A stretch of DNA of 64,000 nucleotides from Mobula hypostoma (lineage: Eukaryota): the NCBI RefSeq assembly GCF_963921235.1, contig NC_086097.1:18168001-18232000 (forward strand), given 5' to 3'. Under the pieces are notes generated by a model. That model did not search any database and was not told the origin of the DNA. It worked only from the letters and a program-made list of their open reading frames with translations. Position 1 is the stretch's first letter, and each line of letters opens with the position of its first letter. Positions 25,200-38,485 of the stretch are shown piece after piece. Both the position numbers and the translations under genes were made by a program.

Positions 25200-25890
25200 C
25201 TAGAATATAGAGCAGGGAATACTACAGCAGAATACAGGCCTCTAGCCATGATGTTGTGCCGACTTTCGAAACCTTCTCTAATATCAATCAAACCCTTCCC
25301 TCACACACAGCCCTCCATTTTCCTATCATCCATGTGCCTAACTAAGTGTCTCTTAAATGTCCCTAATGTATCTGTCTTTACCACCACCCCTGGTAGGGCA
25401 TTCTATGCACCCACCACTCTCTGTGTAAAACACTTACCTCTGACATCCCCCTCATAATTTCCTCCAACCACCTTAATATTATGCCCCCTTGTATTAGCTA
25501 TTTCTACCCTGGGTAAAAAAATCTTTGGTTGTCCACTCAACCTATGTCTCTTATCATCTTCTACAAATCTATCAAGCCACCTCTCACCCTTGTATGCCTC
25601 AAAGAGAAAAGCCTTAGCTCGTTCAAGCTATCCACATAAGATCTCTAATCCAGGCAGCATCCTGGTAAAACTCCTCTGCATTCCCTTTAAAGCTTCCGCA
25701 TCCTTCCGACAATGAGGCAACCTGAAATGAACGCAATGTTCCAAGTGCGGTCAAACCAGAATTCTATAAATTTGCAACATTACCTTGTGGGTCTTGCACT
25801 CGATCCCCTGATTAATGAAGGCCTTCTTAATGACCCTATCAACTTGAGGGATCTATGGACCTCAAGATCCCTCTGTTCCTCCAAACAGCT
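25200..25890 (-). mobile_element. CR1 3' fragment
   Basis: Homologous to 8065-8620. Confidence 0.75.
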
Positions 25891-26084
25891 AAGAATAATT
25901 AATAAGATCTAATTAATGGATTTAAATTCCACAGATGGTGGGATTTTGAAACCATGTATCTAAGTAAGTTGTTTAGGTCTCTCAGCAGCATGTGTTAAAT
26001 AAGGCACTCACTGTGCTGCCTTGCCCTCCGCTGCCAGGTGTAAGATAGTTAATAGTCTGAGCTTCCTCTTCTCTATGTGCATGC

Positions 26085-27130
26085 TGGAGCAACTTCCTTA
26101 AATTGGACCCTGGACTTCCTGTTGGATTGCCGGCAGGTGGTAAGGATGGGCTCCCTCACCTCTGTCCCGCTGACCGTCAACACAGGAGCCCCACAGGTCT
26201 ATGTCCTGAGCCCCCTCGTCTACTCCCTATACACCCACAACTGTGCTGCCATGCACAGCTTCAACCTACTGATCAAAATTTGCAGATGACACAACATTGA
26301 TAGGCCTTATTTCCAACAATAATAAGACAGCCTGCAGAGGAGAAAATGCACTGATACAGTGGTGCCAAGAAAACAACCTCTCCCTCAATGTTGAAGAAAC
26401 GAAGGTGATCATGGATTACAGGAGGAATGGAAACAGGCTTGCCCCTATTGACATCAATGAGACTGCAGTTGAGAGGGTGAGTAGCTTAAAGTTCCTCGGT
26501 GTACACATCGCTGAGGATCTCATGTAGACTATACATACCGGCTGTGTGGTGAAGAAAGCACAACATCTCCTCTTTCACCTCAGGTGGATGAAGAAGTTTG
26601 GCATGAGTCCCCAAATCTTCAGGACTTTCTACAGGGGCACCATCGAAAGCATCCTGACTGGCTGCATCACTGCCTGGTACGCAAATTGTACTTCCCTCAA
26701 TCACAAGGCTCTGCAAGGAGAGGTGCGGACAGCCCAGCACATCAGTGGATTTGAACTTCCCTCAATTCAGGACATTTACAGCAGTAGGTGAGTAAAAAGA
26801 GCCCGGAGGATCATCGGGGACTCCAGCCATGCCAATCATAAACTGTTTCAGCTGCTACTGTCTGGTAAATGGTACCTCAGCATTAAGGCCAGGACCAACA
26901 GTCTCTGGCCATCAGATTCATGAATACACATTGATCTTATTGCATATCTGACTGTCCATACATGTATACAAACAGTTACACCTACAATTTTAGTGTGTGG
27001 GTAATATCCTCCCCACATTTCCCTTCCTTTTTGCTTGTAGATTGCAACAGAGACACAACATAAAGATATTTGCTCCCTCATGTTGTGAGTTGGATGTAAG
27101 AAATAAAATAAATCTTAAAATCTTAAGTCT
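26085..27130 (+). mobile_element. Rex1/Babar-type LINE 3' part
   Basis: VNTGAPQVYVLSPLVYSLYTHNC; WCQENNLSLNV; FYRGTIESILTGCITAWY; AATAAA with short tandem tail. Confidence 0.85.
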
Positions 27131-27298
27131 CATAAGTCACTGTTTGACCTTTTGCAGAAGGTGTTTATTTCAGTGGTGTCACCACTAAGTTTCTGTTGAG
27201 GACAGGATGTGTTGATTTGTCCAATTGGATTACTGTGTTCATAGGGTAAGAAAACTTTGCAGTGGCTCTGCCCCAAAGAGACCATTACATTGCAATCA

Positions 27299-27786
27299 AG
27301 GTGACGATGGTGATTCAAGATGGCAGCACATTCAGAAGCAGCAACCACTCCGGCTCTGGGTATAATAGTTCGTCCCTGTCCTGTACATCTTTGTTGTGAT
27401 CAGGAAATGTGCGGGCTGTTACAGATACTGTGCAAAGCAATTCACCTTGTTGGTGAGCTATTGGACTGCAGAGAAACTTTGTAGCTTGGGCCTACTATAC
27501 ACGCCATTGCCTGCTACAGTCATTCGTGGGAGAGGTAATCAAAAGTGGTACTCTAGAAAGCAAAAAAAGGGAAAACGCACTGGAATCCAGGAGCAACTTA
27601 GGTCAAAGTCCCTCTGGCTGACTCTCCCCTTGTTCTTACTGGCAAATGTATGTTCAATTCTTTGGAAGTTATCATGTGTCATATGTACTATTGTGTCTTA
27701 CACCCTGGTTTGGAGAAATGTTGTCTCGTTTCTATATAGATTATATACATTATATACACATATATAGTTGAATGACAATAAACTTG
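27299..27786 (+). mobile_element. Internally deleted Rex/Babar-like element (5' end fused to 3' tail)
   Basis: CAAGATGGCAGC near the 5' end; KKGKRTG...LPLFLLANVCS endonuclease N-terminus; GACAATAAACTTG tail; TSD AATCA. Confidence 0.65.
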
Positions 27787-28454
27787 AATCATTGAGTAAT
27801 TCTCTAAAGTAACTGTTGAGAAGATTGGTGGACTTGAATAACTGAAAATCTCACAACCTTTTTGTTTGTCATAACATCTCAAGATATATCGAGGGGCAAT
27901 ACTTGTAGTAGAGTCCTGGCTAGACAGCTTCTCCCTTCATTATCTGTGAGAGTTCCTACCAGGTATTGCCACTGATTGAATCTCTTCTCTTGTGCTGAAT
28001 GTCAATTTGTAACCTGATAAAATTGATTTGTTGGACAGTTATATCTATAAATTCCTGAACTATTTCTGAAGTCACTGTGTTTCATATTCTGTCGACCTCT
28101 GATAAACACTTTCACCTCAGCCACAAGCTCTTATACCTACCCACCACATACTCAGAACTGGATTTTACTGTTTCTTCTAAATTAATCCTAAAGCAGAATT
28201 GTGGATGGCGATTCAGAAGCTTCAAGAGTGATAGTTATAGAGAGTGACAGCATCACAACAAGGCTTTTGGCCCACTGAATCCATGCCAACCATTGAGATT
28301 CAGTTTTATACTAATCCTACACACCTCTGTTTCATTCTCCCCACATTCCCCAGCAACTTCCCATGCTCCTAGATTCTACTGCTCACTTATACCTAATGGC
28401 CTAATTCTGCTCCTATGTCTTAGTTTTACACACTAGGGGCCAATCAGAGATCAT

Positions 28455-28748
28455 TATGTGCCCTGTCATATATTGTGGGAGATCATGGTCTTCCCATGAC
28501 CATGGTTGTTCTTGGCAAGTTTTTCTACAGAGGTGGTTTGCCATTGCCTTCCTCTGGGCAGCGACTTTACAAGATGGGTGAACCCAGCTATTATCAATAC
28601 TCTTCAGAGATTGTCTGCCTGGTGTCAGTGGTCGCATAACCAGGACTTATGATCTACACCAGCTCCTCCTACAGCCATCCACCACCTGCTCCCATGGCTT
28701 CACGTGACCTGACTGGAGGGCTACACCTTGCCCAAGGATGACCTGCAA
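28455..28748 (-). mobile_element. RTE-associated SINE
   Basis: GTGGTTTGCCATTGCCTTCC is the reverse complement of the RTE-SINE motif also seen near 2780. Confidence 0.6.
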
Positions 28749-28967
28749 TAAGAGATAGGAGCAGAATTAAATCACTTGGCCTCTTGAGTCCACTCTCTCC
28801 TATTTTTCATGCCTTAGTGCAATAAATTTGACTCCCTTACCAATCAAGAACCTATCAATCTCCATTTTAAATATACCCAATGACTTAGCCTCCAATGTCA
28901 TTTGTGGCAATGAATTCCACAGATTCGCCACACTCTGGCTAAAGAAATTCCTCCACATGGATCTCCA

Positions 28968-29262
28968 TGATGGCATAGTGTTAAGCACAATTCTATTACA
29001 GCTCAGGACACTCCAGAGGTCGAAGTTCAATTCTGGTGCCAATCTGTAAGGAGTCTCTGTAAATCCTCCCCGTCGAATGCACAGATTTTCTCCGGGTCCT
29101 CCGGCACAGATCAAAACCTACCGGGTAGGTTAATTGGTTATTGCAAATTGTGCCATGATTAGGTCAGGTTAATCAGGTTAGCTGGGAGTTGCTGGGGGAG
29201 GAGGATAGCTCGAAGGGCTGGAAGGGCCCATTGTGCACTGTATTAATAGATAGATAGATAGA
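28968..29262 (+). mobile_element. V-SINE/HE1-type SINE
   Basis: tRNA-like head (TGGCATAGTGTTAAGC...GTTCAATTC), V core, GGTTAATTGG, (TAGA)n tail. Confidence 0.75.
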
Positions 29263-30297
29263 TTATCCCAATAATGTTTGGGCTGGTCGGTAATTGGCCA
29301 TTGTACATTGTGCAGTGTACAGGTGAGTAGAAGAGTCTGGGGAGAGTTGATGAGAATGTGGGACAATAAAATGGGATTAGTGATGGTCAGCTTTGGCTCA
29401 ATAAGCTAAAGGGTCTGTTCCCTGCTTCGTACCCCCAGCTCTGTCTGCACACCCAGCTTGCACTCACCCTCTGGATTAATGGGTGAGCCAAATACTGGAA
29501 CATCACGACCCCCTAACAACTGGATACTGGTCTATCAGAGCTTTACTGCGTGTACTTATCTTTAAATAAAGCAGAATATTTCTTTCAAACCCTTGAAGTG
29601 ATAGAAAAGCCGATTTCTGCCTTGTTGATCAAGCTGACAGTGATGTTTTAATCGCTGCTGGGTGGTGCGGCTACTTAAAGAACCTAAAGCTAGCAAGAGC
29701 AGTTTGGACAGAAGGCTGTCAAACTCCCTACGTCTGAACTCCGGCCAGAACCGTCTCACTCACATCACTTAAAAAGTCATTATATTATGCTGCCTCGATC
29801 AAGTAATCTTTCTTTTAATTATTTTGGAAAATGTTTAATCTTGGTTAGACTGATTTGCATACCGAATTAAAGTCTGATTGGAGTTAATTACTCACTGCAA
29901 ACAGAAGAAGCCTCATTACTGGAAGCAATTTAACAAATTTGCTATTAATACCAAGCCTTTCTTAGTAAAGTGAAAACTGGGAGAGGAATTAAAAATTATA
30001 GTTGCTTACAATATCCAACATCCATTTCCCAAGATGAACTGCTGACGTGCCAAGCTGCCTGGTTAATAGATGGGTAGGAAATGCACCCAGAGCAGCTTAC
30101 AGCTTTATTCTCAGCCAGAAATATCCGCTCTTTATTCCTCTCCATAGAACCTGCCTCCTCTGCTGAGATCCTCCAGCATTTTGTAGGTGTTGCTCTGGAT
30201 CTCCGGCATCTGCAGGATCTCTTGTCTATATTACAGCTTTGTTCTCATCTTTCCCGAAAGCCAAAGAAGAAATACTCTTTGGATATTTGGAATACTA

Positions 30298-30540
30298 TTT
30301 TATTAGAGATGCAGCACAGTAACAGGCCCTTCTGGAGCACAGGACTGTGCTGCCCGACTGTACCATGACTAACCTGTACGCCTACGGACTGTAGGAAGAA
30401 ACTGGAGCACCAGGAGGAAGCCCATGAGATCACAGAGAGAACGTATAAAAACTCCTTACAGACAGTGGAGGGACCTGAACCCATGTCACTGACACAGTAT
30501 TAACTTTATGCCAACCGTTACACTACCTTGCCGCCCCCTC
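30298..30540 (-). mobile_element. V-SINE/HE1-type SINE
   Basis: Reverse V core AAACTGGAGCACCAGGAGGAAGCCCA...ACTCCTTACAGACAG. Confidence 0.7.
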
Positions 30541-30959
30541 CACCTATGAATACTTAATATTCAAATCTGAGTTTTTGTGCATGTATGAGGAATATAAAGC
30601 CAAGCTGAATTAGAAGACCACTGATGAATTATGGAGAAGGTTTACAGTATATACTCCTATTTCTTCTGGTGTGTTATCTCTGCGAAGACGTACAGATATA
30701 AATCTGGAGCCAATAGGAAGTATTTTCATGCAAATGATGCTCACAGATTTAACACATATCTTGTGCATTTCAGATAGACCATGCTGCCTTCTTTTCCAAT
30801 TTTCTCGCACTCTAAATGTAAATAGTTAGCATACAAATGATACCTCTAATAATATGCCAACTGGTCACCCTTTCTTGCTCCACTTGTTAGCTGATACTGG
30901 TGTTAGTTCACTCAGAACTCTCTCCTGATATGTACTTTTTGTCCTTATAAGTCATTGCT

Positions 30960-31262
30960 TTTCCTTCTCCCTGGGCCTTCTGTCCCACAATCCTCTCATA
31001 TCCCTTTTGCCAATCACCTGTCCAGCTCTTGGCTCCATCCCTCCCCCTCCTGTCTTCTCCTATCATTTCGGATCTCCCCCTCCCCCCCCACTCCCACTTT
31101 CAAATCTCTTACTAGCTCTTCTTTCAGTTAGTCCTGACGAAGGGTCTCGGCCCAAAACGTCGACTGTACCTCTTCCTAGAGATGCTGCCTGGCCTGCTGC
31201 GTTCACCAGCAACTTTGATATATGTGCTTGAATTTCCAGCATCTGCAGAATTCCTTGTGTTT
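30960..31262 (+). mobile_element. Penelope terminal repeat fragment
   Basis: Pyrimidine-rich tract, hammerhead-like motif, then GATGCTGCCTGGCCTGCTG...CCAGCATCTGCAG tail. Confidence 0.8.
31130..31165 (+). ncRNA. Minimal type I hammerhead ribozyme motif (core G of GAAA mutated to A)
   Basis: AGTC-CTGACGA-A-GGGT-CTCG-GCCC-AAAA-CGTC-GACT; stems I and II intact. Confidence 0.65.
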
Positions 31263-31299
31263 GCTTCATCATCAACCTCGCTTTCAATCCCAAACTTGA

Positions 31300-31640
31300 A
31301 TATGCGGCAGTTGGTAAAATTCCATCTTCCTCAGAATGTACCGGTGCAATTCTACACTGCCATCATAGAGACCATCCTCACACCAGCCATTATTGTCTGG
31401 CTTGCTGCAGCATCCTCTCACAATATACAAAAACTACAGAGAACTGTCGGGCCAGCAGAGGGGGTCATTGACTGCTGTCGACCATCACTGCAGGAATTGC
31501 ATGTGCCTAGGTCAAAGAAGCAGGCAAGAAAAATCATTGAGGACACCACACACCAAGCAAACTGCCTTTACCAATACCTCCGTCTACAGGGCTATTAAAA
31601 CAAAAAACACATCATCTTTAAAGTTGCTTCCCACAGGGAA
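31300..31640 (+). mobile_element. Rex/Babar RT C-terminal fragment
   Basis: QFYTAIIETILTPAIIVWLAA...QKLQRTV...RSKKQARKIIEDTTHQAN. Confidence 0.7.
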
Positions 31641-31646
31641 TTAACC

Positions 31647-31795
31647 CTCGGCCTGAAACGTCAACTGCTGAAGGGTCTCGGCCTGAAACGTCGACTGTAC
31701 TCTTTTCCATAGATGCTGCCTGGCTGCTGAGTTCCTTCAACATTTTGTGTGTGTTGCTTGGATTTCCAGCATCTACAGCTTTTCTCCTGTTCGTA
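31647..31795 (+). mobile_element. Penelope terminal repeat with partly duplicated hammerhead motif
   Basis: CTCGGCCTGAAACGTCAACTG-CTGAAGGGTCTCGGCCTGAAACGTCGACTG. Confidence 0.7.
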
Positions 31796-32232
31796 TTCTA
31801 ATCAGTCATTCTAGTTTACTGCACATCTACCTCTTTCTATTACCCCTGTCACTGTACTGCACTGTAAACACTTCAAACCACAAAATGTTGACTGTTTATT
31901 CATTTCCATAGAGGCTGCTTGACCTGCTGAGTTCCTCCAGCATTTTGTGTGTGTTGCTTTCGGTTTCCAGCACCTGCAGACTTTCTTCTTGTTTACATTG
32001 CTAATATATGCTGGTATTCATGTACTTATGCATATTTTATCTGTGCTTGAACTCCTTACTTTATTTTTTATATAATTCTTTATTTTTTATAATTGTCGAA
32101 TGTTGCTGTTCTTTGTTGCATGTGGTTCCCTGACCAACACCATGTCAAATTCTAAATACATATCAATGTATATTCAAATCAAGTTGATCCTTGATATAAT
32201 GTCATCTTCCTAAATTTATAGAACATTTTGTT

Positions 32233-32505
32233 GGGATGGCATAGTTAGCACAAAGCTTTACAATACCAGGTTCAATTCCCACCATTGCCTATAAGGAGTT
32301 TGTACATTCTCCCCATGACTGTGTAAGCTTCCTCTGGGTGCTCCTGTTTCCACCTACAACCTAAAGACGTTCTATTTGGTAGGTTAATTGGTCATTGTAA
32401 ATTGTCCCGTGATTAGGCTAGCATCAAATCGGGGGTTTGCTGAGGCTGCGTGGGTTGACGAACCAGAAGGGATTATTCTGCACTGTATCTCAATAAATAA
32501 ATAAG
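32233..32505 (+). mobile_element. V-SINE/HE1-type SINE
   Basis: GGTTCAATTCC B box; GGAGTTTGTACATTCTCCCC V core; (AAAT)n tail. Confidence 0.75.
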
Positions 32506-33494
32506 CTTTACAAGCAAGTTGATGCCCAGACAAAACAGTGAGAATCTAAATTAGAAAGAGACAGAAAAATTATAGTAGATAGTTGATCTGAAGTGTTTGA
32601 TTTGTTCTCTCTCCACAGATACCGGTTGTCCTGCTGAGCTTTTCCAGCTTTTTTTTCCTGGTTCATTTGTACCTTAGACCTTTTTAATTTCAAAAATAGA
32701 CTTTATTTATAGTAAAAATAGACACAAAGGAAGAAACCTTTGCGTAGTTTAGTAGTTTTACTTCTTTAACTCTGCCCTTCCCCATGAGGATGATATCACA
32801 TCTGTAGAGAAAGAATCTGACAGTGGGGCCTCCGTCACTGAAAGGTCTTGGTGCTTGCTAGTGAGATTTGATGATGAGGCGTTGTGCCAAGTGGCCATCA
32901 TGATTTCCAGCATCTGTAGAATTTCTTGTGTTTATGATGCAACCAGGCAGGATATCTGTGCAGCTATAGAAGCCTGTCAGCTTTAAATGACATGCTGAAT
33001 CTGTGCAAACTTTAACGGAAGTGGAGGCTTCTTTGCAATGCTGTGACTTCTCTGTAATGGCACTTATGTGCTGGAACATCTGACACAATAACGCTAAGGA
33101 ATTTAACGTCATTGACCTCTCCATCTCTGATCGCCTAATGAGGACTGGTATAAAATTCTGCTATAAGTTTTAGGTGTTCTAGGTGTGCTCAGTGTCATGC
33201 AATCAGGAGTATAAAACTGAAAGTCATACGACGACTGTGAAAATATAGCTGACCATTTTGAAAATGATCTAATCGAAGGTGGTGGTGGAGAAACCCCCTC
33301 AGTCTCTCAACACCATTCTGTGTGTTTAGTTTCCTGGGTCCTGGAACATGATTCCCTAGAGGCTGTATCATAGTGATTTTGGCAAACGGAAAACCTTGTC
33401 TGTTCTCCTTCCATTGTCAGTGTTTTGTTGTTCATGTTCTTGTGTGTAACATGTTTAATTTCCAAATCTATCCTCCTACTACTTCAGATGATTA

Positions 33495-33760
33495 TTTATT
33501 TATTTAGAGTTACATTGTGGAATTGGCCTTCCTGGCCCTTCAAGCCATGTCACCCAGTAATCCCACAATTTAATCCTAGCCTAATTGTGGGACAATTTAT
33601 AATGGCCAATTAACCTTGTAACTTGTACGTCTCTAGACCCTGGGAGGAAACTGGAGCACCTGGAGGAAACCCACACAGTCACGGGGAGAATGTACAAACT
33701 CCTTACAGGCAGCTACAGGAATTGAACCCAGTAAATCATTATGCTAACCACTATGCTAAT
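33495..33760 (-). mobile_element. V-SINE/HE1-type SINE
   Basis: Reverse V core GGGAGGAAACTGGAGCACCTGGAGGAAACCCAC; (ATTT)n tail. Confidence 0.75.
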
Positions 33761-34879
33761 GTGTTTCAACCATGATTGAATTGTGGAACAGACTCAATGG
33801 GCCAGATGGCCTAATGTCCACTGCTCCTCTGTCTTATATAAGCCTCTGCAAGTTTTGCATTACTGTACCTGCTTTAATTAAACTAATTACATTTTCAATC
33901 ATTAAATTCAGTTATTTTTACATTTCCAGAAAACTGATTACTTACGTTAAATTTTGTTGTATGATTAATTCTAGAATGCTATTTTACGGACACCAAATTT
34001 GATTCACTAGGCTTGTAGATTTATGATGACATTCAGAAGCTGAGACCTTGATATCCCACGAACACACAGAAATCCTTCACTCAATAGAGAGACTGATGAG
34101 GAAGAAGACAAATATAGCATATACTGGATTAATAGTAACACCAGAATTAGAAAGCACACTGTGTTCCTCTGATGACTGGTATTTCAGATTTTCCAAAATA
34201 TAAATGTTCCCAAAGATTATTGAAATGACTACATTTAGTCTTGTTTGGTGAAAATGGTCTGGATTGTGATCGGTCACACCCACCATTCACACTCTCTGGC
34301 TATGTTGTTCCCAAAGCTACACTTACACTAATGGTTTTCCGGGTAAAAACACACTCCAGTCTCATTACTGCAGACAATCCACAGGCCAAGATGGTCTATG
34401 AGTGGAGACTACATGGCAGTTTCTGAAGTATCCCTCCCGCCTTCCCCCCCCTCCAAGAACTGCACAGACAGGCTTTTGCTAGCTCTCTCCCCTTCATCGT
34501 TTGTAGATAACCTCTCCCCCCCGCCCACCTGGGTCCACCTATTACCTGCCAGCTCTTACTCCACCCCTTCCCTCCACTTTCTTGTACTGGCTATCTCCCC
34601 CCTTTCTTTCAGTCCAACTGAAGGGACTTTGCCCAACACATTGACTGTCCATTTCCCTCCATCGATTCTGCCTAATCTGCTGAGTTCCTGCAGCACCTTG
34701 GGTGTTGCCTTTTCATAACTCACCACTGTTAAATGATCTTATCTACTTTTATATGTCAATAATAAACAGAAACATTTAGCAATAAGTCATGATTTTAAAA
34801 AATACTAAAATATTATAAAGGAAATAAAAATGCATTTACTTAAAATAGTTTGACAGGAAATAATTCGAAACATTAAATC

Positions 34880-36122
34880 TGAGGTTTTATATGGCACTTG
34901 GAATATGGTGAGCAGTCTTGGGCCCCTTATCTAAGAAAGGATGTATTGGCATTGGAGAGGGTTCAGAGTAGGTTCACAAGAATGACCCCAGAATGAAGGG
35001 TTAATGTATGAGGAGCATTTGATGGCTCTGGGCCTGTATTCACTGGAGTTTAGAAGAATGAGGGGTGATCTCATGAAACCTAATGAATATTGAAAGGCCT
35101 ATATAGAGTGGACATGGAGAGGATTTTTCCTGTAGTGGGGGAGTCTACTACCTCTTGTGGCCTCAGAGTACAAGTTTTCTCAGATTGAGGCATTGAGGAC
35201 ATGAGCCCATGATTAATTCCAGTGCTTCTCTCTGAATGAGACTGCGAGGGTGTGAGCTCATGTTTGATTCCATTGTTTCTTTCCAACTGAGGTGCCGAGT
35301 GAGGATGAAGTCAATGAGGACAAGAGTGGAGAAGAGGCAGGTGTTCTACGCCGTTTCCCTGCATTTGACTGGTTTTTCTCTCCTTCTCAGCTGGCGTCAG
35401 AAGAAATTTCAGGAATCTTGGGAGCACACACAAGATGCTGCAGGAACTCAGCAGGCCAGGCAGCATCCACGGAAAAGAGTAAGCAGTCAATATTTCGGGC
35501 CGAGACCGAGTGATGGGGAGTCTTGGGATCCACTTTGCAAGGATTGATCGACAAGGCTATTGACTCGTTTTGGGGGACTTTGAGGTGCATGTTGCATGTG
35601 TTTTGGGGTTCTGGTAACTTTTTTTTTATTGTTCTTGAGTGGTTTGAATGGGGCAATTGATGCAGACTGGGGCACTTTGGCGAAGAATGATCCGGTGGCC
35701 TGCAGTGGGCTAGTGGTGTGGCACTGAACTGAACTAAACTGAATACCACTGGAGTCCCACTTTGACCTTTGATATTCTATGTCCTGTTCGCTTGCTATTT
35801 GCACCATTTGTTCTTTCTTCACGCGTTGGGTGTTTGATATTTTCTTTCGATGGGTTCAATGGTGTTTCTTTGTTTCATGGCTGCCTGCAGGAGGATGAAT
35901 ATTGGAGTTCCATTCTGTTTACAAAATGTACTTTGAATCTTTATATTTAAAGCAGAGGATGATAGGTTCTTGATTAGTCAGGGCATCAAAGGTGGTGGGG
36001 AGAAGGCAGGAGAATGGCGATGAGGAGGATAATAAATCAGCCGTGATGGACTGGTGGAGTAGACTCAGTATGCCCGTGCCAAATGGCCTAATTCTGCTTC
36101 TATGTATTATGGTCTTATGGTT
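34880..36122 (+). mobile_element. CR1 3' part interrupted by a non-autonomous element and a Penelope fragment
   Basis: CR1 RT C-terminal DNA 34880-35170 resumes at ~35942 to the GGTCTTATGG tail. Confidence 0.65.
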
Positions 36123-38485
36123 AAGATAAAGTAAAATGAAGGGTTTTTTTTTTGCACTTTCAAACAAGGTCCATAGCCCTGTTGAAAGGAATGAGACTGT
36201 GGTACATGGATCAGCCGTCGCTGGCTGGAGGTGAGGGAGTGGTAGCAAAGTACATCTAGACTTGAAGCTGAGTCCAGGGGCTGGGTAGGACGCAGGGTTC
36301 ACACTCCAGCTGACCTCCAGCTTAATTTCACCCGCTGTTTTGCAATGTGTGGATGAAGAATTTGGGAACAAATCTATTTACAGTCATTTAGTTAAAACCT
36401 AAACAACTTCATCCCCCCCATGCATGTTCCCATTATCATCTTAATTACTTGGTGTATTTCAATGACTCAGTAACTAAATGCAAAGTATTAATATTGGCTT
36501 GTGGTAGTCTCATGCTGTACGTATAGGAAAACTAATTAATTTCTACTAATTACTTTTAGCCTATTTCATAAATTACTAGAATTCAAATTTCATTTGGATC
36601 TGGATGAAATAAAGTATGCTTTAAAGAAATGAAGCTTTCTTTCCATGGCTATGTTAAATGAAAGCTGACTTCCTTTCGGGTGAGACTTCCAGTTAATTAA
36701 ATTGACGTAATTTGTTTTAAGTCCCACGACATTTTCGGCAGCAAGGATATTGAAAATCCTAATTTGTTGTCACACATCACAACAAGTTACCCAGCCACAC
36801 TCGGGCAGGTGCATTCAAATCTTTTGCAAATTATGTTAGATTAACACACTGCATTCTTCACCCAGATGAAAAATATTGTAAAATGGCTTTGACACATTTG
36901 AAAATAATGCATTATAATGCAGAACAGGGGTTGATGCTCAGATTGTAATCCAATCGGGATCTTTGCTCTCACAGTTATTGACACCATCATCGCTACTTTG
37001 CTGACCACAAACACTGTCCATGATCCTTTATGTGTTCAGTTAGTTGAATGTGTGTGCTTGCTCCTCTTCAATATCATTCACTATGGCAACCAGGATTGCT
37101 GTATCATAAATGCAGCATACGGTTAGTAGAAGGGAATTAGCATAAAAGGGCATCTTGAAGTCACATTTACCACACTTGAAATGTTAGTAATTGTGGATCA
37201 AACACGATGGAGAAGAACAAACGGCTTAATGGCATCCTTGAAGTTTTAGAGTAATGTGGGGGATTTAGTTGACCAGAAATGTAAATATAGAGAATAATAG
37301 ATATCAACCCGGAAAGTGCTTCCCTCTTATTATTTATCAAAGAGATTGCACGCTGCAGGCAAGCTACTATTTATTAGTTGAACCTTGTCGTCTCTGAGAA
37401 GGTAGTGCAGACCAACCTTCTAGACTCCTGTTGCCTGGGATTAGTTGTGTAACAGTTAATTTACTCAATACATCCCGATATCTGGAGCAAAGGCCCAGGA
37501 AATCCAAGTTCAAATACTAAGAGGGAAGCTGGGGATGTAAAAACCATCAGAATCCGAATCCAAATCAGAACCAGGATCAGGTTTAATATCACTGACTTAT
37601 GTTGTGAAATTTGTTCACTATATATATATGGTGAGGTAGTGTACATGGCTTCATTGTCCATTCAGAAATCTGATGGCTGAGGGGAAAAAATTGTTTCTAA
37701 GATGTTGAGTAATTTCTTTTTGTTTTCTGCAACATGGGGTGTTAATCGGTCTTCTTTTTTTAATGGGGTCTTTTGGGTTTTTTGTCTTGTGGCTGCCTGT
37801 AAGGAGACGAATCAGAAGGTTGTATAATATATACATAATTTGAATATAAATGTACTTTGAACTTTGAGCGTGTGTTTTCAGGCTCCTGTATCTCCTCTCT
37901 GATGGTACTAATAAGAAGAGTGCAGGTTCTGGGTGATAGGGGTCATAATGATAGATGCAGCCTTTGTGAGGCATCGCACATCCTCGATTGATGGCAAATT
38001 AAATAACATGGAACATTTTTTTAAGAAGTTATTCCAAACAGAAATATGTTTTAAAAATGCACCTAGTTTGCCGTTGTCCGTTGGTGAAGAAACTTGCTAT
38101 GTTTACTAGGTCTGTATGAATCTGGACCAACAAGAATACCAACTGCCCTCTGAAAGTGACCAAGGAAGCCGATCGATTGTACTAGGAAAGCCATTTAGTT
38201 GGTTAAGTGAAGCTACGTCCCAACAAAATGAGAATGAAAGTAGACAGACCATTTGCTATTGATCTCGTCCTCAAATTCAGACATCAAATTTACTCTCAGC
38301 TCTGTTGACTTTGCAGGCAGCTCCTCAAGAATATCTGAAAATAGTGTATAGATGGGGAGGGGAGGGTCTCGTTCACAAAATCAAACAGTAAGACAGATAC
38401 TTCATTCCTTTATTGCAATACTTGAGAAGCCGAGATCCACTGACAGGTTCAGCCTACCAGAGGAAATGACGTAATGCTGTAGAAA

